From NCBI GenBank assembly GCA_016187225.1, contig JACPKC010000006.1, forward strand, positions 89,051-153,050: 64,000 nucleotides of DNA, given 5' to 3'. The translations under genes were made by a program, and so were the position numbers. Each line of letters begins with the position of its first letter. Within the stretch, counting starts at the first letter, position 1. Shown here in pieces: positions 1 through 8,794 of this stretch. Source of the stretch: Candidatus Berkelbacteria bacterium. GTDB lineage: Bacteria > Patescibacteriota > UBA1384 > JACPKC01. The notes beneath the pieces are model-generated. The model did not search any database, was not told where the DNA came from, and saw nothing but the letters and a program-made list of their open reading frames with translations.

Positions 1-210
1 GGACGATTTGAGGTGCGGCCAGGGCAGGCCGTTAATGTTGGGTCGTCGTGGAATATTGCGCCACTTAACCGCCTTTAACGTCAGTTACCCAACCAAAACC
101 TGACGGTTCTTACGAAGAACTATCCACACCCAGAATAATACTGTTATGGGTGCGAGTAGCTCTTCGCAATGCTTATTGCGAAGATAAAAATTCCCTGCGA
201 TATTAAATGT

Positions 211-1152
211 ATGATTGATAAAAATGAACCATCCCCACTGGAAGATCAGTCAGCGGAGGTAGCCAAAAAATGGCCCCTGCTTGAAAAATACAGGGAGAGT
301 TGGGAAATTCCTACCAAAGAAGAGCGAGATGAATACTATAATCAGAGGGAAGAATACCAACGCGCACGCGAACAAGAGTACAACCTTCAGGCCTACCATC
401 GCTGGGACGGCTTGCGCAGGGCAATGACGGACTTTCGCCAATTAGTTGCTAAACAGACTAATCTCGATTCGGCTATAATTGGTCCGGCGCCTCCGCTCGA
501 CTTGCGCGAGACACGGGCATGGGCAGAGCGTTGGGACGAATTGCGTTTGGATGTTTTGGTTGAAGATGAGGTTAAACCTTGGTTGCGTCAACATGCTCGT
601 CTTCCTAGAAACCTCGACTGGCCAAGGGCAATTATCGTTTTTCAATTTCCAGTGCAAGGTGAATTAGCCAATATAAAACCTTTATCGCGCGGCGATCGAT
701 TAGAACGCAAAGAACGCAAAAATTTTCCAGACTTATATCTACCAAATCCGATGTCTTCCGAAAGCGAAATACAACCCCAAACTAAACAATCCAATAATCT
801 ATCTCTAAAGAAAATGAAGAGTGTCCATAAGATCATTGATCGTATTATGGGGCGTGACACTCGTCAGCCGCCTAACGCTGAATTCCAGGCAATGGTTGAA
901 CGCATCCAAAGTGAACTCAAACCCTACGGTGGTTTTGGCCACCGCCTAACGCCGCCTGGTCTTCACGACCCTGAAGCCTATTATTATGTTTGGGGCTGGT
1001 GGGCCAACGGCGAACCTTACCATCCACGCACATTAAAGACATTCTACAGTCGTCCTTTAGGCTGGAGGACTTTAGAAACTCTCAAACAAGGATTCTATGA
1101 TAAATTCATGGAGCGATTCCCTGATCACGAGCAAGGATCAAACCACTACTAA
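211..1152 (+). CDS. Hypothetical protein
   Basis: Long ORF (track start 169; ATG at 211 more likely); no recognisable motif. Confidence 0.7.
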   Translation: MIDKNEPSPLEDQSAEVAKKWPLLEKYRESWEIPTKEERDEYYNQREEYQRAREQEYNLQAYHRWDGLRRAMTDFRQLVAKQTNLDSAIIGPAPPLDLRETRAWAERWDELRLDVLVEDEVKPWLRQHARLPRNLDWPRAIIVFQFPVQGELANIKPLSRGDRLERKERKNFPDLYLPNPMSSESEIQPQTKQSNNLSLKKMKSVHKIIDRIMGRDTRQPPNAEFQAMVERIQSELKPYGGFGHRLTPPGLHDPEAYYYVWGWWANGEPYHPRTLKTFYSRPLGWRTLETLKQGFYDKFMERFPDHEQGSNHY

Positions 1153-1286
1153 TCCGGCGCCTAGATTCAAGTTTTAATGCGTTGTTTTGGTTGATTGCAT
1201 TCCGCCGAGCAACCTGCTCCGGCACAGAAGTGATCCAATTAGATCTGCCGAAACAGGTTCCTCGGGAGAATACTTTTGCCAACACC

Positions 1287-1320
1287 AAAAGGGGCCCGGC
1301 GGATTAATCGCCAGACCCCT
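1287..1320 (-). terminator. Intrinsic terminator after the GNAT gene
   Basis: Minus strand AGGGGTCTGGCG-loop-CGCCGGGCCCCT then TTT, immediately after the stop at 1322. Confidence 0.7.
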
Positions 1321-1321
1321 C

Positions 1322-1744
1322 TTAAAGATCGAGTAAGGAATCGACCGGCAGGTCGGTTTCAATGAGCCGAACCTGCTGCCGAAGCGGCTCTGGCAATTGG
1401 TTCACCAGAACCGACATCTTGCTCGAGAGCGCGTCGATGCGAACTGGGGTCAAATCCCGCTCCGCCATCCGCTCGATCGCGCGCACCAATAGCGCTCGGG
1501 CAATGCCCTGCCGGCGCCACTCCGGATGAACCCAGAGGGCGACAATCGTCGGCTGGCCGGACATCTGCTCGCCCTTGGGCGCCAGCGTCACCGCGCCGAG
1601 CAATTCCTCTCCCTCAAGGGCGACGAAAACCTCGTCGCAACAACTCAAACGATCGCCGCCAAACAGAATGGCGATCGCAAATCGCTGATAGTGCGGCCGC
1701 AACGCGTCTACCAGCGTTGATTTGGAAACCGTTCGAATCTCCAA
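1322..1744 (-). CDS. GNAT-family N-acetyltransferase
   Basis: Motif A LWVHPEWRRQGIARALL; TTG start preceded by GGAGGAGGAG. Confidence 0.85.
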   Translation of the reverse strand: MEIRTVSKSTLVDALRPHYQRFAIAILFGGDRLSCCDEVFVALEGEELLGAVTLAPKGEQMSGQPTIVALWVHPEWRRQGIARALLVRAIERMAERDLTPVRIDALSSKMSVLVNQLPEPLRQQVRLIETDLPVDSLLDL

Positions 1745-2158
1745 ATCTCCTCCTCCTTTCATCTTAATTGCAAGATCGAAATTAGTTTCGACACTGCAAA
1801 AAGAGCCCCTCCTGCCCATAATCCGCCGGCTGGCGAAGGCAAGAGGGGAAAGTAAAAACTTTGCGGGCACGGAGTTATCAAGCTCGACGTGTCCGCATAT
1901 TCAGATTTTACCTCGCCGCGATGGTGGTCTCGGCTCGGGTTCGGTTCTGAAGAACCGGTTCCCGCCGTAGGCGGGACGGTATCGCCTTTCGCGAGGGTTA
2001 ACCGCCGTTTCGGTATCCCTCCTGCGCCCTGCATCTGATCCTTGCAAAACCATCAAACTTGCAAGAATCTCCTCGTTCCGTGCAGGGAACTTCGTCACGC
2101 TTTTTCAAGCGGACCGGGCTTCTCCGAGTCACGTCGGAGGAACAACGCCCAAAAAAAA

Positions 2159-2521
2159 CTACCAGACCTTCGACGTCCTTACGTACCCGGTCCTGTTTTC
2201 CGTACAGGATCGGTACGACAAGACGGGACGGCCCTCGAATCGGCCTTCTACGATGGGCCCATCGTAAGAAGAGCCGAAATGGCCCTGGGCTTCATCCCAC
2301 CAAGGATAGAAGTCCAGGCCCCGCGGGGCTAACTCCATCCCCTTGGGAGCCGGACTAAAAGTCCAGAACTCCCAGGGGGGTTGCTGCCCCCACTCGAGAG
2401 CCGTCAGCCAACGGCGCCACTCTGCCGCCCGCGCCTTATAGCGAGCATCGAGTGCCGCCTTGACTTCCCAGAGCAGGCTTTCTAATTCCTGCTCTGAAAG
2501 GTCGGCCAGACGGTCGTCCAT
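2159..2521 (-). CDS. Hypothetical protein (Trp-rich)
   Basis: MDDRLADLSEQ start with AGGAGG Shine-Dalgarno. Confidence 0.7.
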   Translation of the reverse strand: MDDRLADLSEQELESLLWEVKAALDARYKARAAEWRRWLTALEWGQQPPWEFWTFSPAPKGMELAPRGLDFYPWWDEAQGHFGSSYDGPIVEGRFEGRPVLSYRSCTENRTGYVRTSKVW

Positions 2522-2754
2522 TCGATGATTCCTCCTTCCTTTAATGATGGCCGTATTTATGGATAACGGCGGAACCAAGCCATTCTTGGCCAGCGAGGCG
2601 AGTTTTGAAAGATCTATTTCACGTCAGTGACACGCGAACGATCTTTCAGACTCGCCAGCCGCGATGCGGCGGTGAAGCTTGATTATCCATCAAACCTCGC
2701 CGCCACAACTTGAGTTGCTCAACTTCTACCGATCTCCTATACACCACTATTAAA

Positions 2755-2785
2755 CCGACTCTTCCAGTCCGACACTAAGTGTCGG
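2755..2785. repeat. 31-bp direct repeat copy 1, containing palindrome CCGACACT-A-AGTGTCGG
   Basis: 30/31 identical to 3737-3767. Confidence 0.85.
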
Positions 2786-3035
2786 AATATCGGAATATAG
2801 CTACCACGAGGAATTAGCCGATGCCATCTACCGGGCCCTTCCGCCGTTGCCGCCGTTGATCGACGACTTGCTCGATCACCTGCAGCACTAAGGCTCACCT
2901 CCTAAGAAGCGCCATGTTCTATTTTTAAACGCCAAAAAAGGCCGAATTACTTCGGCCCTCCTTGATTTTACGTTCACGCTCCCAAGAAGAGCCCAACCCA
3001 CAGGCTCCCTCTTGACTTCGCAAACGTTAGTTTGC

Positions 3036-3272
3036 TTACTCCTCCAACCGGCGGTATTCGCCCCGCAAAGCTTGACGAACGTCGTAACCCACAAACTTAA
3101 CGCCTTGAGTTGGCGAATCAGCTTGGCCTAGCGCTGGAGCCCGCCCCTCTTGATTTAGCCCGGCATCCTCTACTACCACTTCGTCCGTTCCCTCATCTTT
3201 CGGTTGACACGAGTTGGCGGCCGTTTGGGCTTCCAATTCATGCAAACTTATTTCTGTTGGCTCGTGTTCCAT
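3036..3272 (-). CDS. Small acidic hypothetical protein
   Basis: MEHEPTE start with GAAAGGA SD. Confidence 0.5.
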   Translation of the reverse strand: MEHEPTEISLHELEAQTAANSCQPKDEGTDEVVVEDAGLNQEGRAPALGQADSPTQGVKFVGYDVRQALRGEYRRLEE

Positions 3273-3300
3273 CTTAAATCCTTTCTTTTTAAGGACCTGG

Positions 3301-3678
3301 TTAATTCTTGCGTGGTTTCCACCAACCTGCTGGCTCGGGGCCGCCGACCGCCTCGCCATCCCAAGTCGATTCAGTCCAATCCCAGATAGCTTGTGGTTCA
3401 TTGGGAGCATATTGCTCCGCAAGTCTGACAGTGCTAAAACAGTTCCCGCCGGTTACTCCTTTGTCATCTTCAAGACCAATAAAATCCATTGATTCTTTCG
3501 GCCCCCAAAATGGCTTTAACTCCTTTAATCGTTTACCTTGTCCAACCTGACCGTAACGAGGCCAGATGTGTAATCCAAAATAATCTACCGTTTGTTGGTC
3601 AGAGATTTTTTGGAGGATGTCATTTGCTTTACTCGCGCAACGCTCTTCATCGGGTATTCCTAATGGTTCTCTTTCCAT
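3301..3678 (-). CDS. Hypothetical protein
   Basis: ATG with AAGGAG SD; 125 aa. Confidence 0.65.
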   Translation of the reverse strand: MEREPLGIPDEERCASKANDILQKISDQQTVDYFGLHIWPRYGQVGQGKRLKELKPFWGPKESMDFIGLEDDKGVTGGNCFSTVRLAEQYAPNEPQAIWDWTESTWDGEAVGGPEPAGWWKPRKN

Positions 3679-3736
3679 ATTTCTCCTTCTGATAGCACGA
3701 ATAACTCCTGCTATCAGTGAAGACCCCGATCCTCTG

Positions 3737-3767
3737 CCGACACTTCCAGTCCGACACTAAGTGTCGG
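3737..3767. repeat. 31-bp direct repeat copy 2
   Basis: CCGACACTTCCAGTCCGACACTAAGTGTCGG. Confidence 0.85.
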
Positions 3768-3855
3768 GAATACAGGAACCACTAATCCTTTTTTACGATC
3801 TCTAATTTCCCTTATTCGCGCCTCTGAAGCCGCCAGTTAGACGGATTCAGAAAGG

Positions 3856-3893
3856 CAAAAAGAGAGCTCATCCGCCAGCCGGCGGATGAGCTC
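3856..3893 (-). terminator. Intrinsic terminator
   Basis: Perfect 13-bp stem GAGCTCATCCGCC/GGCGGATGAGCTC followed by TCTTTTTG on the minus strand. Confidence 0.8.
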
Positions 3894-4755
3894 ATAGCTG
3901 ACCTGCAACCTTGCCAAGCCGGCAAGGCGGGTCGGAAACACGGCGGTCATCAGCGTGTTTCCCAAGTCCCTGACTCCGGCGCGCTCCCACTGCGGGGACG
4001 CCGGAGCGATCACGGCCGGGACGGCCGGTGATGCTTGTCTCGCCGGCGCTATTGCGACGACGAGACTTGGTCTAAGGCAAAACGGCATCACACGCCTTGC
4101 CTTAAAAAAAGTTATCCATGAGTGGCCATCGGGGAACCCGACAGTCCTGTTCGGTGCGAATGGGTTCGCACCGACGACCACTCTTAAAACTCCGCTGCAC
4201 CTGTGCCACCCGATGGTGACTTGCAGTGGGGTCGGACGTGGACGCGCCCGGTTCCAGTCTCCGACCCTAAAGAGAGTCGGAGTAACGTGCCGGCGGCAGG
4301 CTGGAACACCCCTGCCGCCGCCGGTTGGTCAGCTTACGGGGTCTGAAACCCCGTGCCGACTTTAAGGTGACGCATCGCGCCACCTCCCTTCCCCCCTTCC
4401 GGGGGAGGATTGATTTGCTGTTCGCTCCGCCGCGGCGTGTAGGCCACAGGGTTGCCGCATGGCCGAAGCCGCGACGGAGCGCAGGTTGCAAACCTAGGTG
4501 AGATTACCCCCTCACCCACGGGGAAATTTTCATTCCGGCCCTTTGCCCCAAAAAGGCAAAGGGGGCACCGCAGTCGTTCTACGCCCATCCAGGTGCACCC
4601 GGGTGAGTGGGGACGTAGCTCCCATTAAGCGTCGTTTTTTGCGCTCGTTCGGCCAGGAAGACGGCCTAGTGCTTGTACTGCCAGCGTTCGCACCCTGCGC
4701 TGGAGACATCAGTCCGTATTAACTACCCGCGCTGATGCGCCACGGGCAGATTTTT
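3856..4755 (-). ncRNA. Candidate ~900-nt structured RNA of unknown class
   Basis: About 20 consecutive hairpins; stem mismatches mostly read as G-U on the minus strand; no credible ORF; ends in a terminator. Confidence 0.55.
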
Positions 4756-4759
4756 CAAC

Positions 4760-5707
4760 CTAGGAGTTGATCAGCGCCTCGAGAACGAGCGCGATGATCT
4801 TCTCGGCGGGGATCGCCGACGTCATCCCCTGGGGCGACGCGACGAGGTCGGCGGGGCCACCCCAGCCCTGCTCCAGCTCTGACAGGCGCGCCTTGAGGGC
4901 CGCCATGTCGAGCGGCGCGGCCGAGGAGTAGCGGGCCACCGTCCACTTCTGGACGGGGCTCTCGTCGGGGCCGGCGCCGGGACGCAGGAAGGACGGGCTG
5001 AAGGCGATGACGACAGGGACGCCGGTAGCGTACCCGACGTCGAAGCCGCGGGGGCTATTGCCCACCACGATCCCGACGCGGTTGCCCGGCAGCACGCTGA
5101 CCTGGAGGGAGGCTTTCGCCTTCTCCAACTCTTCGCGCGCCGTGAACGCGAAGCCACCTATGACCGCGTCGCTGACCTCACCGATCAGGAGGTTGGACAT
5201 CCAGTCCACCTTCTGGTCGATGGTCAGCTTGCGGTCGAAGCAGACGTAGTCGCTGGCGGTGATGGCCTCCTGGTTCTCCTGGACGACCTTCAGGTCGCGG
5301 GCCTGCGGCCCGAGCCCGTCCATGCGGCCGATGGCCGCCACGAGGCGGTTGTCGATCTGCTCGCTCTTGCCGGCCGCCCGGAGGGCGAGCACGGCCATCG
5401 CACCGATGCTGTCCTTGTCGGGCCGGACAGTGGCGAAGATGGAACCCGGCGCGGGCAGGTCGACCGTCAGCGCCGCCTCGATGGCGGACGTCCTCGGGTC
5501 GCCGGTTGGGCCGTGCTGCGGGTCGAGGTTGAACGAGCACCGCTTGGAGAGGGGCGGGCTCGTCACCTCGATCCCGTAGACCGGGGCGCCGGCGCCGAAC
5601 ACCTTCGCGTTGGCCTCGGCCGCGGCCGGCACCTTGTCCTCAGGCCTCGGGTCGAGGCTCGCGAAGATGTAGGTCTGGGTCGTCTGCGGGGAAGGCATGC
5701 CGTTCAT
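4760..5707 (-). CDS. GC-rich hypothetical protein, possibly DHH-superfamily phosphoesterase-like
   Basis: AAGGAGG SD; motifs GIEVT, LDPQH, PDKDSIGA and C-terminal GWGG resembling the DHHA1 glycine motif; family assignment is inference. Confidence 0.65.
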   Translation of the reverse strand: MNGMPSPQTTQTYIFASLDPRPEDKVPAAAEANAKVFGAGAPVYGIEVTSPPLSKRCSFNLDPQHGPTGDPRTSAIEAALTVDLPAPGSIFATVRPDKDSIGAMAVLALRAAGKSEQIDNRLVAAIGRMDGLGPQARDLKVVQENQEAITASDYVCFDRKLTIDQKVDWMSNLLIGEVSDAVIGGFAFTAREELEKAKASLQVSVLPGNRVGIVVGNSPRGFDVGYATGVPVVIAFSPSFLRPGAGPDESPVQKWTVARYSSAAPLDMAALKARLSELEQGWGGPADLVASPQGMTSAIPAEKIIALVLEALINS

Positions 5708-5964
5708 AGCAATGCCTCCTTTCTAGTTTCGACGTTTTTTGCCTGGCGTCACCCAGAGTGTTTTCCGGCCACGTGCCGGTGACATCTCGCTTTCCGTCAC
5801 AGACGGATTGAGGCGCAGCTACGCGCCCGGGGCAGTCACGCTCCCCGCCGAGAATCCGTAGCTATGGTGCTACGGGCTCGGTCGCCAAAATGTCTTGTTG
5901 GTGGGTCACTCGTTGGAGTGGCGCACCAAGAGACATGCAACGAAAACATTGCTATTCTCTCCAT

Positions 5965-6561
5965 ATGGAGGGTGAACAAATTTCGTCGATGTTCGCGGAA
6001 CCGTACGCCGAACGGCTGACGCCGGAAGAGCGTCGGCGGCTGGGTGCGGTGGCAAGTCAATTGCTCGGCGTTGAGCCGCCAGCTGAGGTTCCGATCTACG
6101 ACCGGACGGTTGTCGAGGCGACATCACGGGTGTACAATCCCGAGTCGCACCGCTACGAACCACTCGTCAACGTCCGCGATCCTGACCGCTTACCCGAAGC
6201 TGCTCGGGAGGCGATCTGGGAGCACGAACAGGTTGAAGTGCACTTTCACAACGGACTGCTGCGACTCACTGGCCCAGCGATTGAGGAGCTCGAGACGACC
6301 GGATTCATCCCGAACGTCTACGAAACCCTGCAGGAGCTGGCGGTGAGCGGCAATGTCTTGGCCCATCCCGAGACACCAAACCTCATTCAGACAAATGAGG
6401 CGCAGGCGGCACTCGTGTTTGGGATCGTCACCTACCTCAAGAAACTTGAGGAGGAATCGACGAAACCGGCGGGTGAAGACCTGGCAACACTTGAGCGACT
6501 CTGGCGCTTGGGAGTTCGGATTGAACCAATTCTGCTGCAGGAAGGGAGTGAGACACGCTGA
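5965..6561 (+). CDS. Hypothetical protein
   Basis: ORF; TGC-TATTCT -10-like box 6 nt before the ATG, suggesting a leaderless start. Confidence 0.65.
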   Translation: MEGEQISSMFAEPYAERLTPEERRRLGAVASQLLGVEPPAEVPIYDRTVVEATSRVYNPESHRYEPLVNVRDPDRLPEAAREAIWEHEQVEVHFHNGLLRLTGPAIEELETTGFIPNVYETLQELAVSGNVLAHPETPNLIQTNEAQAALVFGIVTYLKKLEEESTKPAGEDLATLERLWRLGVRIEPILLQEGSETR

Positions 6562-6926
6562 TGACCGAGCCTGGCCATACCCACGCATCCATCCACTACA
6601 CCGCGGCGGTGCCTGAGGAACGCATCGGTCGGATTCAGCTCACGCTGCGCGACCGAAGGACCGATGCCACAATCGCCGAGGTGATTATCCTCTACGACGG
6701 TGCCCAGCCCGAAGGCTGGTCGTACGACTACCAGATCCTGGCGAAAAACCAGGAAACGGTCACTCAGCTCGCGCACCAGTTCGACACACCGCTCAGTGCT
6801 GGCGATGCGCAACTTGCGCCACACTCGCACCAGCAGTTCGACCGGCTGTTGGCCGATCTGTGTAGTGAGTACAAACTCACCTACACGGCACGGCCACTCT
6901 ACAAGCCACCTGGCCTGCCGTGGTAA
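6561..6926 (+). CDS. Hypothetical protein
   Basis: TGATG overlap with the upstream gene; terminator-like hairpin at ~6945-6973. Confidence 0.7.
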   Translation: MTEPGHTHASIHYTAAVPEERIGRIQLTLRDRRTDATIAEVIILYDGAQPEGWSYDYQILAKNQETVTQLAHQFDTPLSAGDAQLAPHSHQQFDRLLADLCSEYKLTYTARPLYKPPGLPW

Positions 6927-7140
6927 ACACAGCGAGCGGTGGTTGGCCGGGGGTATTCTGCCTCCGGCTTTTTCGTGGGTTTTTAGCGTGTTTTACCACA
7001 CGGGCCGCCTTCGGCCTTCACTCCTTTTGCATCCCGATCCGCCAACTGACGGAAAGGATTCGTCGGTTTAATCCTATTCGGACCAACTGGCTGTGCTAGG
7101 CAGCCTGGGGCGAGTGTTTCCCTATATTGGGTGTTGAAAC

Positions 7141-7183
7141 ATCCAACACACAATCCTGAACTATTTCAGGGTGCTAGTTGAAT
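7141..7183 (+). repeat. attC-like palindrome, type A copy 1
   Basis: ATCCAAC-ACACAA-TCCTGAA-CTAT-TTCAGGG-TGCTA-GTTGAAT; identical to 8410-8452. Confidence 0.75.
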
Positions 7184-7363
7184 AGTTCCTTCCCTCATGT
7201 CGAGCCAAAATGTTCCCAAGGAGACCAACGAAACCGAAGGGTCGTTGGAGGTTTCCTTGAAGAAATGACGGCTCGATATGCGCGAGTGGGGAGGTTGGAT
7301 CGTAAGGATGGGAGGGGCGACCTCAAGATGAGCTCCGCCTGTCCTTACAAAAAACATTATTAG

Positions 7364-7408
7364 ATCCAACACCATTTGCTCAAATAGTCTTGAGCGTTCT
7401 AGTTGAAT
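7364..7408 (+). repeat. attC-like palindrome, type B copy 1
   Basis: ATCCAAC...GCTCAA-ATAGTC-TTGAGC...GTTGAAT; near-identical to 7931-7975. Confidence 0.75.
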
Positions 7409-7431
7409 CCAATGCAGCCATTCGATAGACT
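7403..7431 (+). promoter_or_regulatory. Sigma70-type promoter for leaderless hicB
   Basis: TTGAAT-17 bp-TAGACT, with the ATG 6 nt later. Confidence 0.6.
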
Positions 7432-7437
7432 ACTGCT

Positions 7438-7665
7438 ATGCGCAAGTTTTCAGTGCCAACCACCGTCCGAATCACACTCCACCAGGAAACCGACGGCACA
7501 TACTGGGCCGATAGCCCTGATGCGGTGGGCTGTTTTACAGTTGGTGCAACTATCGACGAGACATTGTTGAACATGAAAGATGCGGTTCGCACCCACTTTG
7601 AATTACCAGCCCGCGCGCCTGTCCAGCTTTCACCCACGCTCTCGGCCAAACTCTCCCTCACATGA
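7438..7665 (+). CDS. hicB: HicB-family antitoxin (short, no DNA-binding domain)
   Basis: DGTYWADSPDAVGCFTVGATIDETLLNMKDA. Confidence 0.9.
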   Translation: MRKFSVPTTVRITLHQETDGTYWADSPDAVGCFTVGATIDETLLNMKDAVRTHFELPARAPVQLSPTLSAKLSLT

Positions 7666-7898
7666 CTGAACGCTGGCCAGCATTTGCATCGACTGACCTC
7701 ATCCGAGCCTTGCGAAAGCTCGGATTTCTGGTTGTGCCAGGTGGAAAGGGCAGCCACACCAAGCTGGTTCACCCCCGTCACTCCGGCGCACTGACGATTC
7801 CCCAATCCAAATCGCTTGGTAGGGGCATTCGGGCTGCCTTACTCAAACAGATCCACGCCATGGGCGTCGATCTTAGTGCACTGAAGCGCTCTCTCTAG
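7662..7898 (+). CDS. hicA: HicA-family toxin
   Basis: LRKLGF...GKGSH...LTIP; ATGA overlap with hicB. Confidence 0.9.
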   Translation: MTERWPAFASTDLIRALRKLGFLVVPGGKGSHTKLVHPRHSGALTIPQSKSLGRGIRAALLKQIHAMGVDLSALKRSL

Positions 7899-7930
7899 CC
7901 TGGGGCGAGTGTTTCCCCATGTTGGATTAG

Positions 7931-7975
7931 ATTCAACACCGTTCGCTCAAATAGTCTTGAGCGTTCTAGTTGAAT
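7931..7975 (+). repeat. attC-like palindrome, type B copy 2
   Basis: ATTCAAC-ACCGTT-CGCTCAA-ATAGTC-TTGAGCG-TTCTA-GTTGAAT. Confidence 0.75.
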
Positions 7976-8130
7976 CCAAAGCCAAAAATTTATCAAGTTA
8001 ACTTGATTAAAACCAGGCTCGAATCTTAGGTTTTTAACGTGATTTACCACACGGTGTTTTTCAACCCACCCAATCATGGCGAGGCGAGCGTGCTAGACGC
8101 CAATCTCCTTTCCGATATAGTAAAAATGTT

Positions 8131-8365
8131 ATGGTTAAACTGGCATCACAAAAATTTGCCAAACCTAAAATGGTCAAAATATCGCTTGATCGTGTTAGGA
8201 AATTTTACGCGGCGAGCGCCGTGATGCTTGATTTAGCCGAAGAGATTCTTGAGGAGCATGGCGAGTACACCAAGGAGTTTCTCGCTCGATAGTCTCAAAA
8301 GAGCCGAGGCCGACGTCAGGGCGGGCCGAGTGCAGACTATCCTGTCGCTGGACGAACTACCTAAA
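8131..8365 (+). pseudogene. Frameshifted antitoxin-like gene
   Basis: Removing the CTCG duplication at 8281-8288 gives EFLDSLKRAEADVRAGRVQTILSLDEL, a typical antitoxin C-terminus. Confidence 0.65.
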
Positions 8366-8409
8366 CACGCCGAGAGCCACGCTATCGCGCGCCGTCGGTT
8401 TGTTGAAAA

Positions 8410-8452
8410 ATCCAACACACAATCCTGAACTATTTCAGGGTGCTAGTTGAAT
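8410..8452 (+). repeat. attC-like palindrome, type A copy 2
   Basis: Identical to 7141-7183. Confidence 0.75.
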
Positions 8453-8492
8453 GCTTCCTTCAATCAGCCGACGATTGGACATCGAATCGTTG

Positions 8493-8521
8493 TTGAATCC
8501 AAGAATAATGACTGTTATTAT
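8493..8521 (+). promoter_or_regulatory. Promoter of the second hicBA
   Basis: TTGAAT-17 bp-TATTAT with extended -10 TG. Confidence 0.6.
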
Positions 8522-8541
8522 CGAATTTGAAAGGTTTAGTT

Positions 8542-8784
8542 ATGATTTCACCTCGTCGATTTAATATTGTTCTCACGCCGGAGCCGGAGGGTGGCTACAC
8601 AGTGACAGTGCCATCTCTGCCGGGTTGCGTAACTTACGGAAAAACAGTCGATGAGGCACATGATATGGCCGCCGATGCGATTACTGGCTATCTGGCCAGT
8701 CTCCGCAAACATCACGAGCCATTGCCAAGCGATCAAGAACCGCTGATTAGCTCGCTTAATCTTGATCGTCGAGTTCGAAAATGA
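8542..8784 (+). CDS. hicB: HicB-family antitoxin
   Basis: PEPEGGYTVTVPSLPGCVTYGKTVDEA. Confidence 0.92.
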   Translation: MISPRRFNIVLTPEPEGGYTVTVPSLPGCVTYGKTVDEAHDMAADAITGYLASLRKHHEPLPSDQEPLISSLNLDRRVRK

Positions 8785-8794
8785 TGGATCAGCG

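Noticed and set aside
3837-4722. Overlapping 74-136-aa ORFs
   Set aside because: Pro/Arg/Gly-rich products typical of GC-rich non-coding DNA; no SD or motifs.
2749-7072. 11-bp inverted match GTCGGTTTAAT at 2749-2759 and 7062-7072
   Set aside because: Too short to distinguish from chance, with no target duplication.
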